From a virus, in the IMG/VR virus record IMGVR_UViG_3300048924_000605, positions 16,693 to 80,692 of that record: a stretch of 64,000 nt of DNA. The stretch is one strand, 5' to 3'. Below, piece by piece: positions 1-9,859 of the stretch. The position numbers were made by a program, and so were the translations under genes. How positions within the stretch are numbered: position 1 is the first letter of the stretch; each line of letters opens with the position of its first letter. The notes below the pieces were generated by a model. The model had not been told where the DNA came from, did not search any database, and was given only the letters and a program-made list of their open reading frames with translations.

Positions 1-1803
1 TACGATCGCTTCGGCCAGGTCGTGCGTAAGGTTCAGATCGTCGCCGGCAAGAGCTTTACGCTGCAGTATGCCTACACACCGGCGGGCAACGTGAGCACTA
101 TCACGTACCCCGACGGCGCCGTTGTGGATTACGTCCGCGACGGCAAAGCGAGGATCAAGGAAATCGGCATTCGGCCGAATGGCGGAACACGTACCACGCT
201 CTTGAGCAATGCGACCTACGAACCATTCGGCCCGGCTACCGGCTGGACCTACGGCAACGGTCGTAGTTTGGGCCGTACCTATGACCGAGATTATCGCCCG
301 AAAAGCATCCTGGATAGCGCTGCAGGCGGGCTGTCGATGGGTTATGGCTACAACACAGTTGGAGACCTTACCGAACTCAAGGACGGCCTGTTCAGCATTA
401 ATCATGCCAAATACGACTACGACACGCTTAGCCGCCTGACGGTGACGCGTGACGGAGCATCTAGCACGCCGCTAGAAACCTACGGATACGACAAGACCGG
501 CAATCGGAGCAGTGTCAAGCGCGGAACCGTGACTGAAAGCTATACCTACCCCGTTACCAGTCACCGATTAACCAAAGTCGGAACGGTTGCGCGAGCGTAC
601 GATGCCGCTGGCAACACCATCAGCATCGGCGGCACAGCTAGGCAATTCGTCTACAACGCCAATGATCGCCTGAGTCAGTTGAAGCTATCCGGTACCGTCA
701 AGGCAAGCTATCGATACAACTCAATCGGTCAGCGCGTTGCGACTACCGAGTCAGCGACTAACACGATCGACACTTACACGCTGTACGACGAGGCCGGCAA
801 ATGGATCGGCGATTACGACGCCCAGGGCAACGCCAAGCAACAGGCAGTATGGTTCGGCACAGCTCCCGTCGGCCTGCTCGTTGGCAGCGGCATCAGTCAG
901 ACCTTGAAGTATGTTGAGCCGGATCACCTGGGCACCCCGCGAGCCGTGATCGACCCCACCCGCAACGTCGCCATCTGGACATGGGATGCCAAGAGCGAGA
1001 TGTTCGGCAACAGCCCGCCGAATCAAGATCCAGATCTAGATGGAACTGCGTTCGTTTTCAACATGCGTTTCCCAGGCCAGCGCTTTGATGCCGCCAGCGG
1101 CTTAGTTCACAACTATTTCCGCGACTACGATCCGTCGATCGGGCGCTACATTCAAAGCGACCCGATTGGCCTGTCGGGCGGCGTCAGCACCTACCTGTAT
1201 GTTAACGGCGCTCCTGGAAGCTTGTCCGATATGTACGGACTTGCTACTGGGTTGATCGAGTGCGCGAGGTGCGTAGGAAGTCCAGATAAGCCGTCTCATG
1301 ACAGCTGGTCAATGATGCAAGTCAACCCCGCATTCCGGGACAAAATATCCGTTTCGACTGAGGATGGCGTAGTAGTCATTCGCGGAGACCTAACGGTCTC
1401 TGGCGTCGGCTCAACACATGCAGCGAAAGACATCAATCGTTACTGGAACGGCGCTAGCGGAATTTACGAGGGGACTGAGTATAGATCCGAAATAAATGTG
1501 ACCCGCGTCAATCGAAACGGGGACGTGACGATCAAGATGCGTACTGTCAAAGACTGGGAAAGGAGAAACGCATCCCTTTGCTCCGGCGTGTCAGCGGCAA
1601 GTGCCGATGTAGGCGGGCCGGAGATCATGGTTGCCCCATACCCCAGCCTATGGCAAGCAGACAGTGTCATTGCCCACGAGTTCGGACATAACTTGGGGCT
1701 GGATCACGCCCCCAAAGGACAGGGCACTATGATGGGTTACGATGAGCCGCCGAAGCTAATGGGAAGAGACCTCTTCAACGTCGCCAGCGGATACAAAAAA
1801 TGA
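1..1803 (+). CDS. Rhs/YD-repeat protein (5' end outside window) with C-terminal zinc metallopeptidase toxin domain
   Basis: Frame open from base 1; YD repeats, Rhs core (DHLGTPR, RFPGQRFD, RDYDPSIGRYIQSDPIGL, ending SDMYGL); tip has HEFGHNLGLDH (HExxHxxGxxH) and a Met-turn. Confidence 0.92.
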   Translation, partial: YDRFGQVVRKVQIVAGKSFTLQYAYTPAGNVSTITYPDGAVVDYVRDGKARIKEIGIRPNGGTRTTLLSNATYEPFGPATGWTYGNGRSLGRTYDRDYRPKSILDSAAGGLSMGYGYNTVGDLTELKDGLFSINHAKYDYDTLSRLTVTRDGASSTPLETYGYDKTGNRSSVKRGTVTESYTYPVTSHRLTKVGTVARAYDAAGNTISIGGTARQFVYNANDRLSQLKLSGTVKASYRYNSIGQRVATTESATNTIDTYTLYDEAGKWIGDYDAQGNAKQQAVWFGTAPVGLLVGSGISQTLKYVEPDHLGTPRAVIDPTRNVAIWTWDAKSEMFGNSPPNQDPDLDGTAFVFNMRFPGQRFDAASGLVHNYFRDYDPSIGRYIQSDPIGLSGGVSTYLYVNGAPGSLSDMYGLATGLIECARCVGSPDKPSHDSWSMMQVNPAFRDKISVSTEDGVVVIRGDLTVSGVGSTHAAKDINRYWNGASGIYEGTEYRSEINVTRVNRNGDVTIKMRTVKDWERRNASLCSGVSAASADVGGPEIMVAPYPSLWQADSVIAHEFGHNLGLDHAPKGQGTMMGYDEPPKLMGRDLFNVASGYKK

Positions 1804-2447
1804 AAAACTACGCCCACTCGCTTTTAGCAATCGCCCTCTTGGTGATTTGGTCAAACTGCGCGGCGACCCCGCAATTAGACCATGATGCGCTTTCCAAGAT
1901 CGCGAAATCTCAGAGTCTCTCTTCGATCTGGAGACAAAGTGTTCAGCCGGGTGTTGCACCGGATGCAGACTATGTTGCCTTTTTCTATTCAAAGCCTAAG
2001 AAGATAGCTAAAGACGTCTGCGCCATACATGAAACCATGCTCAGCATAAGGATGCTGGGAACAACGAAAGACGTTGTAGATCGCACTGAAAGTGATCGTA
2101 TTGCCTTCAAAAAATGCCAGGGATTGGAGCCGGAAGATTTTGTTCAGATATCAAACAACACCGACAAAATCCCTACACATGAAGTAGTTCGAATACTTCA
2201 AGGCGGCCTCCCGACATTCGGCGGACTTCCATCATCAATACAAGGCGCCCCCGAGCTAAGGCAGTGCTTCAACAGCTTGAGCGCAACGAATCTCGCGAGC
2301 GTTTTTGTTTACTCCGCATCTCAAGTTTCCGCCATCTTCACTGCTGGCGGAACTTGCTCCAAGGAAGTCGAGGCCAAGTTGATACGATCAGAAGATGGAA
2401 CGATTCACACCACCCTCCAAGAAGCCTTATCACCGTATATCAAATGA
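1800..2447 (+). CDS. Putative Rhs immunity protein, exported
   Basis: ATGA overlap with Rhs stop; N-terminal signal peptide; several Cys; lower GC. Confidence 0.7.
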   Translation: MKNYAHSLLAIALLVIWSNCAATPQLDHDALSKIAKSQSLSSIWRQSVQPGVAPDADYVAFFYSKPKKIAKDVCAIHETMLSIRMLGTTKDVVDRTESDRIAFKKCQGLEPEDFVQISNNTDKIPTHEVVRILQGGLPTFGGLPSSIQGAPELRQCFNSLSATNLASVFVYSASQVSAIFTAGGTCSKEVEAKLIRSEDGTIHTTLQEALSPYIK

Positions 2448-2507
2448 TGAAAAGTGAGGCGATCTAGCTTGCTAGTCCGCTTTAGTCACGCCAGACTGTA
2501 GATCGTA

Positions 2508-2536
2508 GGGAGGAGCATTTGCTCCTCCCTTTTTTG
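2508..2536. terminator. Intrinsic terminator between convergent immunity and tail-fibre genes
   Basis: GGGAGGAGCA-TT-TGCTCCTCCC hairpin followed by a T-run. Confidence 0.75.
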
Positions 2537-2537
2537 T

Positions 2538-2981
2538 TCATGCGTCCGAGCAGTATGTAATGTTGTCCAGTGTCAGCCATGCAACTTGTGTACTCGGCGG
2601 CAAGCCAACGAACACCTCTCCATTCGTCCGAACGTCAATCCGTGTCGGCGCGCCGGCATCGCTCAGCGTCGTCAAGATCAACTGCGCGGACGGGCGAAAC
2701 GCTGCGGGCAGTACGAACACCACTGTTCCGCCTGCTCCGCCCTTCACCACGCCGCGCAACTGCACGCGGTTCCCATCCTTTCGGTAGCCGACCGGAGCAA
2801 ACACATCTCCGAAATTCGTCCAAGGCGCGTTGAGCGTCGGCGCCGTCCACGCGCCCTTACGCGCATCGGCCAGCGCGGCGACGGTGGTTCGCCGGGTCTG
2901 ACCCCCTTGCACCACCGGCACGATTTCATCGCCGGTCAGCGCACTCGCCGCCGGCAACTGGGACAGTTTCAGGTTCGCCAT
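2538..2981 (-). CDS. Small tail fibre / receptor-binding-like protein
   Basis: Last gene of the tail operon; N-term KLSQLPAASALTGDEIVPVVQGG; C-term beta-rich YRKDGNRVQLRGVV...LPAAFRP seen in phage fibre tips. Confidence 0.7.
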   Translation of the reverse strand: MANLKLSQLPAASALTGDEIVPVVQGGQTRRTTVAALADARKGAWTAPTLNAPWTNFGDVFAPVGYRKDGNRVQLRGVVKGGAGGTVVFVLPAAFRPSAQLILTTLSDAGAPTRIDVRTNGEVFVGLPPSTQVAWLTLDNITYCSDA

Positions 2982-2982
2982 G

Positions 2983-5196
2983 TCATTCCATCAGTAGATA
3001 GTCGCCGGCCTCGGTCACCAATTCGTCGCTGGCCTCCGACCGCAGCAGGCCGTTCTTGAAGTCGAAGGTGTGTGCGGCCTTCTGCCAGCTCGCCAGTCCG
3101 TCGCGTGTCGAGCCGATCTCGGCCCGCACGCGATAGACGCCCTTGAGCGCAGCGGTGTAGCTGGTGCCGGTGATCGGCGCCGGGCTGTCGAGAACCGTGC
3201 CGGCGATGGCGTCCAGCAAGCGCAGCACGTAGGCGGTGCCGGCCTCCGGGCCGATCGATCCCTGCCCGTGGTCGACCAGCTGGTCGCCCTGCAGGCGCCG
3301 GTCGCGGTGCGCCCAGCCCACCACCAGGTCGCCATCGACGGCATCCGGATAGCGGGCGCCGACCAATTTCAAATCGCCCGGCGGATACGGCCGCGCTTGG
3401 CGCTGCGCCAGCTTGACGCTGTCCACCGGCGCCGACGCCGGGTCCAGCTGCGCGCTCGACGTGCGGGTCAGCAGCTTTGCCTCGACCGTCTCGCCGACGC
3501 TGTAGTCCGTGGGATCGGCCGCAGCGAAATCGTCGTAGAACCAGATCCGAGTGCCCTCGGCATGCGGCACTGGCACGGTGTCGGCGCAGCCACGCGCCAG
3601 CGTTGCGTTCTGCGCCTGTGGATCGATCGCCACCACGCGGACCAGCTCGTCCTCGATCCAAGCGGCAGTACCGATCACGACTTGATCCAGCGCGCGCCCG
3701 GCCGCCAGTTGGACGGCCGTCGTCGTCGCCGACAACGCGCCGGCTAAGACTGCGGTCGGGCACCAATCGCCGGTAGCGGCCTCGCCGTAGGCGCCGCTCC
3801 CGACCCGGGTGGTCAGGATGTAGTTCAGCGCCAGGCCGCCGGGCTGTTCGCCGACCGCCAGGACCAGACCCGCGTCTGCCGGCAGCGCCGCCAGCGCGGC
3901 GGGGTCGAGCGTGGTGGCCAGATCGCGATAACCTGCCTCGAACAACCGGCGCGTCGGCGCCGGCTGCGGGCTTCGGTCCGGGGGCACCCACACCGGTGGC
4001 TGCGGTTGCAGATAGCTCGTCGCCGGCAAGCCGAACACGTCTTGGACCGCCGATACGAGGATGGCGCCCTCAGCCAGGCGGCCGTCATCGAACGTGCCGG
4101 CACGCAGCACCAGGGTACCGATCTCGCGGAACGGGTCGCGGATGCAGAACACGCTGCCGGGCGCGAGGACGCCGCCGCGGCGATCGAGCCGGACCTTGAA
4201 CCGCTTCAAGGCCGAGCAGGCAATCGACAGGTCGCGCGTGCCGACCCGCGCCGCGAGCTCGGCGGTCGGCAGGCCGCGATACTCGGTGGTGGTCGAGGCC
4301 ACGCCACCGGTCGCTTGGATGCCGGCCAAATCCTGCACCCGGATCTGCCGTTCTTCATCCTTGATCGGGTCGTACCAGGTCACGATGACCTGATTGACGG
4401 CTCCGTCCTGCGCGCCGCCCTCGTCCTCCTCGATCGCCAGCAGGCCGGACTCGTAGTCGAACACCGGCAGGTCTTCGATCCGGTAGTCGTCGCGCAGCAA
4501 GCGCAGCGTCGAGCAGCCGGTGCTGCGGTCCGTGTACTGCGCGGCGCCGATGTGGTCGATCACGACCTGCATGAAATCGCTGATCGAGGTCTGACGCGCC
4601 CAGCGCAGGCATAGCCCGAAGCCCTCTGCGTGTAGCGTATCGGCGGCGCGTCGGTAGCTGGCCTCGTCCAGCAGGCCACGGTCCAGGCCGCGACCCCAAT
4701 CTCGATTCGTCAGGCACTCAACCAAGATATGCGCCGGGTTCATCGCCCGGATGGCGCCGTTGGCGAGCCAGATCACCGCCTTCTCGGGATACCACGGCGC
4801 GCCGTCCCACCCGGCCAGCGCGCGTCGCGCGCGTTCCTTCCACGGCTTGGGATACGGGTTGTTCGCCGCGATCTGGCCGTCGAAGTACTGGGTGGCGCTG
4901 CCGCGGAAGGCAGGCGTGGGCGTGCCGTGCAGCGCGGCCAATGCAGGCAGCACCGCTTGGTCAGCGTCGCCCATCAGCACGTCGAGCGTGCCCTTGATGC
5001 CGCCCTCGCCCTTGTCGCCACCGAACAGGTCGGGCTTGTTGATCAGGATGCGACCGCTCTTGGTGATCGAGCCTTTCCAGGCTTCGCGATCCCCGACCCG
5101 GATCTCGACAATCTCGTCCACTGGTCCTCGTGCGAGGCCCATGTGCAATCCGAACAGGTAGCGGTGGCCGACCGTTTGCTTCTTGCGACTACCCAC
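2983..5196 (-). CDS. Tail tip / central hub (host-specificity-like) protein
   Basis: Likely GTG start at 5196 (MGSRKKQTVGHRY); GGDKGEGG, MNPAHILVECLTNRDWG, EGFGLCLRW motifs. Confidence 0.85.
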   Translation of the reverse strand: MGSRKKQTVGHRYLFGLHMGLARGPVDEIVEIRVGDREAWKGSITKSGRILINKPDLFGGDKGEGGIKGTLDVLMGDADQAVLPALAALHGTPTPAFRGSATQYFDGQIAANNPYPKPWKERARRALAGWDGAPWYPEKAVIWLANGAIRAMNPAHILVECLTNRDWGRGLDRGLLDEASYRRAADTLHAEGFGLCLRWARQTSISDFMQVVIDHIGAAQYTDRSTGCSTLRLLRDDYRIEDLPVFDYESGLLAIEEDEGGAQDGAVNQVIVTWYDPIKDEERQIRVQDLAGIQATGGVASTTTEYRGLPTAELAARVGTRDLSIACSALKRFKVRLDRRGGVLAPGSVFCIRDPFREIGTLVLRAGTFDDGRLAEGAILVSAVQDVFGLPATSYLQPQPPVWVPPDRSPQPAPTRRLFEAGYRDLATTLDPAALAALPADAGLVLAVGEQPGGLALNYILTTRVGSGAYGEAATGDWCPTAVLAGALSATTTAVQLAAGRALDQVVIGTAAWIEDELVRVVAIDPQAQNATLARGCADTVPVPHAEGTRIWFYDDFAAADPTDYSVGETVEAKLLTRTSSAQLDPASAPVDSVKLAQRQARPYPPGDLKLVGARYPDAVDGDLVVGWAHRDRRLQGDQLVDHGQGSIGPEAGTAYVLRLLDAIAGTVLDSPAPITGTSYTAALKGVYRVRAEIGSTRDGLASWQKAAHTFDFKNGLLRSEASDELVTEAGDYLLME

Positions 5197-5404
5197 GCGC
5201 CGCCTCCGCACGCACGAACGCGACCAGGTGCAAGCCCAACGCGTCGCCGGTCGCTTCCAGCGTTTCGGCGTCGATGCCGTCGCGCACGAACGCGCTCCAG
5301 TCCAGGCCGTAGTAGGCGAACCATTCGCGTCCGCCCTGCGCGCAGAACCCCGGCCGCGCACCGAAGCCCGGCGCGCGGCGAAGATGATCCAGGGTCACGA
5401 TCAC
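5189..5404 (-). CDS. Small tail-assembly protein
   Basis: GTG at 5404 coupled to upstream stop; FCAQGGREWF..GLDWSAFVRDGI..L.ATGD pattern of BR0599-type tail modules. Confidence 0.75.
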   Translation of the reverse strand: MIVTLDHLRRAPGFGARPGFCAQGGREWFAYYGLDWSAFVRDGIDAETLEATGDALGLHLVAFVRAEAARG

Positions 5405-5637
5405 TTCTTGCCGCCCTTTTGCTTGATCGCTTGCGTGCGGTACTGGCCGACCCCGAGCACCATCCAATCCGAGATCCACACGTCGCCGAAGATCACCGCC
5501 TGCGGCGTGCCCTCCGTGCTTTGCGGAAACTGGAAGTCGCCGAACGCGGCCGGCTTCGGCTGTGGCGGTTTCGGCCGTGCGGCCGCCGAAACGAAATAGC
5601 TGACCAGCCAGATCGCCAGTTGGACCCATACGTTCAA
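5401..5637 (-). CDS. Small tail-assembly protein
   Basis: Hydrophobic N-term, FPQSTEGTPQAVIFGDVWI, ends KGGKK. Confidence 0.8.
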   Translation of the reverse strand: MNVWVQLAIWLVSYFVSAAARPKPPQPKPAAFGDFQFPQSTEGTPQAVIFGDVWISDWMVLGVGQYRTQAIKQKGGKK

Positions 5638-5699
5638 ACTCGTTTCGCCTCACGCCTCGTTAACAAAAAAAGCAAGACTTCGAATACACGAAACGCAAT

Positions 5700-5725
5700 G
5701 AATCCGTCTCGCGATTCACCTCGTA
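5700..5725 (+). promoter_or_regulatory. Possible ECF-sigma promoter of the fasciclin gene
   Basis: GAATCC-N16-CGTA about 60 bp upstream of the start. Confidence 0.35.
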
Positions 5726-5785
5726 AGGATGAGCGCAACACCCTCAGCGCTCTTGCGCTACGTACTGTCGTCCTGGAGGATTTCT

Positions 5786-6343
5786 ATGAACCGCATGAAC
5801 TTGATTCTTGCTTCTGCTTTGGCGCTTTGTTCCGTTACATCGACTGCGGCACTCGCCGCCGGTGGCAACCCGATGGTTGGCGGTGCGCCGATGCTCGTCA
5901 CCAAGGACATCGTGGACAACGCCGTCAACTCGAAGGACCACACCACGCTCGTCGCCGCCGTCAAAGCAGCGGGGCTCGTAGATACGCTGAAGGGCCCCGG
6001 ACCCTTTACGGTGTTCGCGCCAACGAATGCCGCCTTCGCGAAACTTCCCGCGGGCACCGTGGAAACGCTGGTGAAGCCCGAGAACAAGGCTCAGCTCACC
6101 CAGATCCTCACCTATCACGTCGTTCCGGGTCGCCTGGACGGCAAGGCACTGGCCAAGCAGATCAAGGCGGAGGGCGGCCGCGCACAGCTCAAGACGGTGC
6201 AGGGCGAGGTGCTGTCCGCAAGACAGTCGGGCGGCAAGATCACCGTAACCGATGCCAAGGGCAATGTGGCCCATGTGACGATTGCCGATGTCTATCAGAG
6301 CAATGGCGTCATCCACGTCATCGACACGGTGCTCATGCCGTAA
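5786..6343 (+). CDS. Secreted fasciclin (FAS1) domain protein, moron
   Basis: GGAGG RBS before ATG 5786; signal peptide; [32 protein letters not shown]. Confidence 0.93.
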   Translation: MNRMNLILASALALCSVTSTAALAAGGNPMVGGAPMLVTKDIVDNAVNSKDHTTLVAAVKAAGLVDTLKGPGPFTVFAPTNAAFAKLPAGTVETLVKPENKAQLTQILTYHVVPGRLDGKALAKQIKAEGGRAQLKTVQGEVLSARQSGGKITVTDAKGNVAHVTIADVYQSNGVIHVIDTVLMP

Positions 6344-6393
6344 GTCTGTCTGCGCGCGCCGTGCTGCACGGCGCGCGCTTGTTATCCCATTCG

Positions 6394-7209
6394 TTAGAAG
6401 ATCGGAGATCCGTCGAACGGCGATTTCCCAGGCAATCCCGGCGCGCCGCCGTAGTTCGGTGCGTTGGCGAACTTGCTGTGACAGACCGCGATGGTTCGGG
6501 CGCAGCCGGGATAAGCGACAACGGCTTGGCCGACGCGCAAGCCATCGCCAGCACCGAGCAAGATCAACCGCTCGCCCTGGTGAAATCGAATGCCGCGCCG
6601 CTCGACGCCGGCTTCACCCAGATCCCAGGCGATGAATCCACCAGCGAACCAGCCGTCCGGCAGCAGGCCGAATGCGCCCGCGGTGATCAGGTTGCCAGTG
6701 ACGGTTGCCAGCGACGCCGGTACTCGGTGCGCCTCGGGGTTCACCCGGCAGTTGCGGTCGTAGAGCGTGTGCGGGCAACCCCGCGTCCACGCCAAACGCA
6801 GGCCGGGTTGGCCGAGCGCGGCGTCCAGCGATTGGCACCGGACCTCGCTGGTTTCCAGCTTGGGTCGATTGACGCCCGTGATACGCCCCACCCACGACAC
6901 GCGGGCCTCGACATCGCCTTCGTGGATGTCGCGAACGAACACGGCGACCTCCGTCGATGGCGGCAAGCCACGATAGAGCCGGGCCACGTCGAAGTCGCCC
7001 GGCGCGGTGATCGTCAGCACGTCGCTGGCAACGTGGCCGGACTGGCGGATGCCATCGTCGCTGATCGCGATCGCGCGGTAGGTCTGCGTGTCGAGCTGGA
7101 AGTCGCGATCGCCGCCGGTGTACCGCCAGCGCTGACCGCCGCGGACGAACTCGTACAGCCGCCGGGGATTGCCCGCGGCGACCGAGCGCTCGTATTGGTC
7201 GAAACTCAT
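6394..7209 (-). CDS. Phage BR0599-family tail/baseplate protein
   Basis: CPHTLYDRNC and YPGCARTIAVCHSKFANAPNYGG Cys motifs. Confidence 0.88.
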   Translation of the reverse strand: MSFDQYERSVAAGNPRRLYEFVRGGQRWRYTGGDRDFQLDTQTYRAIAISDDGIRQSGHVASDVLTITAPGDFDVARLYRGLPPSTEVAVFVRDIHEGDVEARVSWVGRITGVNRPKLETSEVRCQSLDAALGQPGLRLAWTRGCPHTLYDRNCRVNPEAHRVPASLATVTGNLITAGAFGLLPDGWFAGGFIAWDLGEAGVERRGIRFHQGERLILLGAGDGLRVGQAVVAYPGCARTIAVCHSKFANAPNYGGAPGLPGKSPFDGSPIF

Positions 7210-8909
7210 GCCGGAGGGGGGCCGTCGTCTTGATCAGGGTCGCGCACGGCACGCAACACGACAGCCGCATCGGCGGCTCCGTCGCTGTCGGTGTGGTGCT
7301 CGATTTCGGTTTCGTCACTGTCGGCGCGCGACAGCGCCATGAAGCTGATCCGCTTGACGTCGCGCGGCCGAATCTCTGCGCCCAGCGCCGCGTTGAACGT
7401 GATCCGGTCCACGGCCTCGTCAAGGCTGACCGCGGCGGTGATGCGGCGATGGAAGGCGCGGCCGTCGCTCAACTCGATGCGTAGGTCGCGGCGGCCGGGC
7501 CGCAGCCCGCCGAACCGGGCCAAGCCTACGTTGGCCACGTCCGCCGCCGTCGCGGTGCCGGCGACGGTGGCCAGCAAGGCCAGGTCGTCGGCGTGGGTCG
7601 GCCGCCACACGGCGCGTTGGCGGCCGCGCAGGGCGTAGAGCCAGGACCGGACCCGCGCGCGCTCGGCCCGTCCGTGCATGCGCCAGCGGTGCGATTGGGT
7701 CACGGCCGCCCAATCGGCCGGGTCCAGCACGAATGGGGCGCCGAACTCGTTGTCCAGGGACAGCAAGGCGCGCTGCCAGCCCGCCGACAGCGATTCCGAC
7801 TCGTCCGGACGATCGGCCAGGACGGGATGTCCGCGGTAGACCGGCGCATCGATCAGCACCGGCCAGTCGCAGGGCTCGACCAAGTCGAAACGCACCGCGA
7901 TCGATGCCGCCTGATCGGTCAGGCGCGTGACCTTCGGCGCCTCGGCGAGGCGGGCGGTCCGGACAGGGTACAAGCGAGCGCCGCGCGACCATGCCCGCGT
8001 CGTTGGGTGCCGCAGCACAATGCGGTCGGTGCCGATGGACTCGATCTCGGCGACCTCGGTCTCGAACGCGGTGGCGCCGCGTAGCAGCACCAGGCCGCCC
8101 GGTCGGAAATCCCGATAGTTCGGATCGCAGCTCAGAACGCGAACCCCGAGTGCATGCTCGGCGCCCAGCCATTGCCCGTCCGGCCATACCGGCAGCGCCC
8201 AGGTCCGCCCGCCCCAGCCGAATACGGCCAGATCCAGCAGCACCCGCTCGCGGCCGTCCACGATCAGCGTCGCTTCGAACGACCGCCTCGGCGTCGAGCG
8301 CAAGCCACGCCGCTGCTCGACCTGCAACGGGCTGGTCAGTATGTCGGTCCGCCAAGCCAGCCGCTCCAGCACACCGCGCGACCAATCCGGCACGAAGGCG
8401 AAAGCGACGATGCGCTGGCCGGTGATGACGACCGGCAGTTCGGGGAAGCCGTCGAACCGGAACGCCAGGGTGGCGCCGATCACCGGCGGGCCATCGGTTC
8501 CCACGGCGACCTGCCACGTCCGCTCCGACAGCGGTGCGAACGGCAGCGGCGGCACGCCGGGAGCGGTCAGGACGATGCCCTCGCCGCCCGACAGCGTCGC
8601 CTCGGTCAACGTCAGCGCCCGGCTGCGGAACGCATTCCACACGCGCACCGCGCGTCGCTGCACGCTGCTGACGTTGCCCAGGTTCAGCGTCCGCGGCTCG
8701 GCATGGATGCGGTCGAAGAAATCGTCGCCGAACAGCGGTTGGAGGGCGCCGCGGCGCTGATCGCCGACATACTCCGGCGCCGCGACCGTGCGCTGGCCGT
8801 AGTCCGGCTCCGATCCAAGCGCACCGCTCGCGCGGCCGTCCCAGAACGGGGAAGATCGGAAATAGTCGCCTTGACCGCTGAAGGTCAGCGGCCACAGGCC
8901 ATGCCACAT
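7206..8909 (-). CDS. Tail structural protein (distal-tail-like)
   Basis: Likely start 8909; PDWSRGVLERLAWRTDIL...EQRRGLR..PRRSFE pattern; tail operon position. Confidence 0.78.
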   Translation of the reverse strand: MWHGLWPLTFSGQGDYFRSSPFWDGRASGALGSEPDYGQRTVAAPEYVGDQRRGALQPLFGDDFFDRIHAEPRTLNLGNVSSVQRRAVRVWNAFRSRALTLTEATLSGGEGIVLTAPGVPPLPFAPLSERTWQVAVGTDGPPVIGATLAFRFDGFPELPVVITGQRIVAFAFVPDWSRGVLERLAWRTDILTSPLQVEQRRGLRSTPRRSFEATLIVDGRERVLLDLAVFGWGGRTWALPVWPDGQWLGAEHALGVRVLSCDPNYRDFRPGGLVLLRGATAFETEVAEIESIGTDRIVLRHPTTRAWSRGARLYPVRTARLAEAPKVTRLTDQAASIAVRFDLVEPCDWPVLIDAPVYRGHPVLADRPDESESLSAGWQRALLSLDNEFGAPFVLDPADWAAVTQSHRWRMHGRAERARVRSWLYALRGRQRAVWRPTHADDLALLATVAGTATAADVANVGLARFGGLRPGRRDLRIELSDGRAFHRRITAAVSLDEAVDRITFNAALGAEIRPRDVKRISFMALSRADSDETEIEHHTDSDGAADAAVVLRAVRDPDQDDGPPPA

Positions 8910-8923
8910 GCAATGTCCGCTCG

Positions 8924-9859
8924 TTACTCGGTAATGCGATAGGCATAACCGTAGACGCCGCTGTTGGGCGTGCCCACGGGGCCGTTCTTGCGATGAACGG
9001 GGAACACTTTCCACCGATCGCTACCCAGCACCAGTTCCTCGCCGGGGGCGTAGCTGTCCAGGCGGATGAAGCGCAGGTCGGGCGGGTGGCCGATGTCGGT
9101 GTTCAGATCGCCACCGCGCGGAACCGCGCACCACAGCGGCTGGCCGGGCGCGCGGCCGGTCAAGGCGCTGTGCCCGACCTCTTTCAGCAGATTGATCGGC
9201 GCGCCTCGGCGACGCCAGCCACAGTACAGCGCGCGCGTATCGCCGCCGGCGTCCGAGACCCCATGCCAGCGCGGCGCGACGCCATCGAAATCGGCACGCA
9301 CGCGCGTCGTCGCCGACATGTAGTTCGCCCAATAATCATCGAATGCCACGGCATGACGAACATCGTCCGGACTGTTGATGTAGTTGGGATCGTAGTACCA
9401 CTGGCTGCCATAGACGTACTGGCCCGTGTTCACCGCGCCTGCGGTCACCAGCTTTCCCGTGCCGAAGTGCTTGAACGTGCCGGCCTGAGTTTCCAGCACG
9501 ATGTGCAGGTACGGCTGCGGCACCGTTCGACTGAAGAAGTGAACCGCGCTGTACGGTCCTTGGACGTAGTTCGCCCAGACCTGCGCGCTGGCGTCGGCCT
9601 GGAGATCGGGGTTGGCGTTCGCCGCGTAGCCCGTGTGCCCGAACGCGCCCACGAACGGCGGCGGCCGAGAACTATCGCCACCGCTCAGTTCGGTCAGAAA
9701 CGTCGCATACAGAGAACCCGCATGCACGCTCAGCGCTTTGCCGACCCGAACGGTTCGGTCGCGCCAGCCGTCCACCGCCCAGCCGTTGCCTTGGGCGAAC
9801 ACTCGCAGCTTTTCGAGTAGTTCGTTGGGGTCGTTCGCCGCGGACGTCGCGTAGGCCAT
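8924..9859 (-). CDS. Virion structural (minor tail) protein
   Basis: Start 9859 (MAYATSAANDPNELLEKLR); C-term WKVFP...SGVYGYAYR. Confidence 0.8.
   Translation of the reverse strand: MAYATSAANDPNELLEKLRVFAQGNGWAVDGWRDRTVRVGKALSVHAGSLYATFLTELSGGDSSRPPPFVGAFGHTGYAANANPDLQADASAQVWANYVQGPYSAVHFFSRTVPQPYLHIVLETQAGTFKHFGTGKLVTAGAVNTGQYVYGSQWYYDPNYINSPDDVRHAVAFDDYWANYMSATTRVRADFDGVAPRWHGVSDAGGDTRALYCGWRRRGAPINLLKEVGHSALTGRAPGQPLWCAVPRGGDLNTDIGHPPDLRFIRLDSYAPGEELVLGSDRWKVFPVHRKNGPVGTPNSGVYGYAYRITE

Noticed and set aside
2461-2537. attL/attR direct repeats (e.g. CTAGTCCGC at 2472 and 60271)
   Set aside because: Only 9 bp, expected by chance; serine integrases need only very short cores, so ends cannot be fixed by eye
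2538-5196. Diversity-generating retroelement or invertible tail-fibre cassette
   Set aside because: No reverse transcriptase, TR/VR pair or inverted fibre copies seen
5667-5676. AAAAGCAAGA shared with ~11445, both at moron/tail-gene junctions
   Set aside because: 10-bp match with only two copies; insufficient support
4729-7233. 834-aa plus-strand ORF and many similar long antisense/overlapping ORFs (e.g. 43530-45563, 26562-27941, 12638-13978)
   Set aside because: Arg/Ala/Gly-rich shadows of real high-GC genes, with no motifs or RBS
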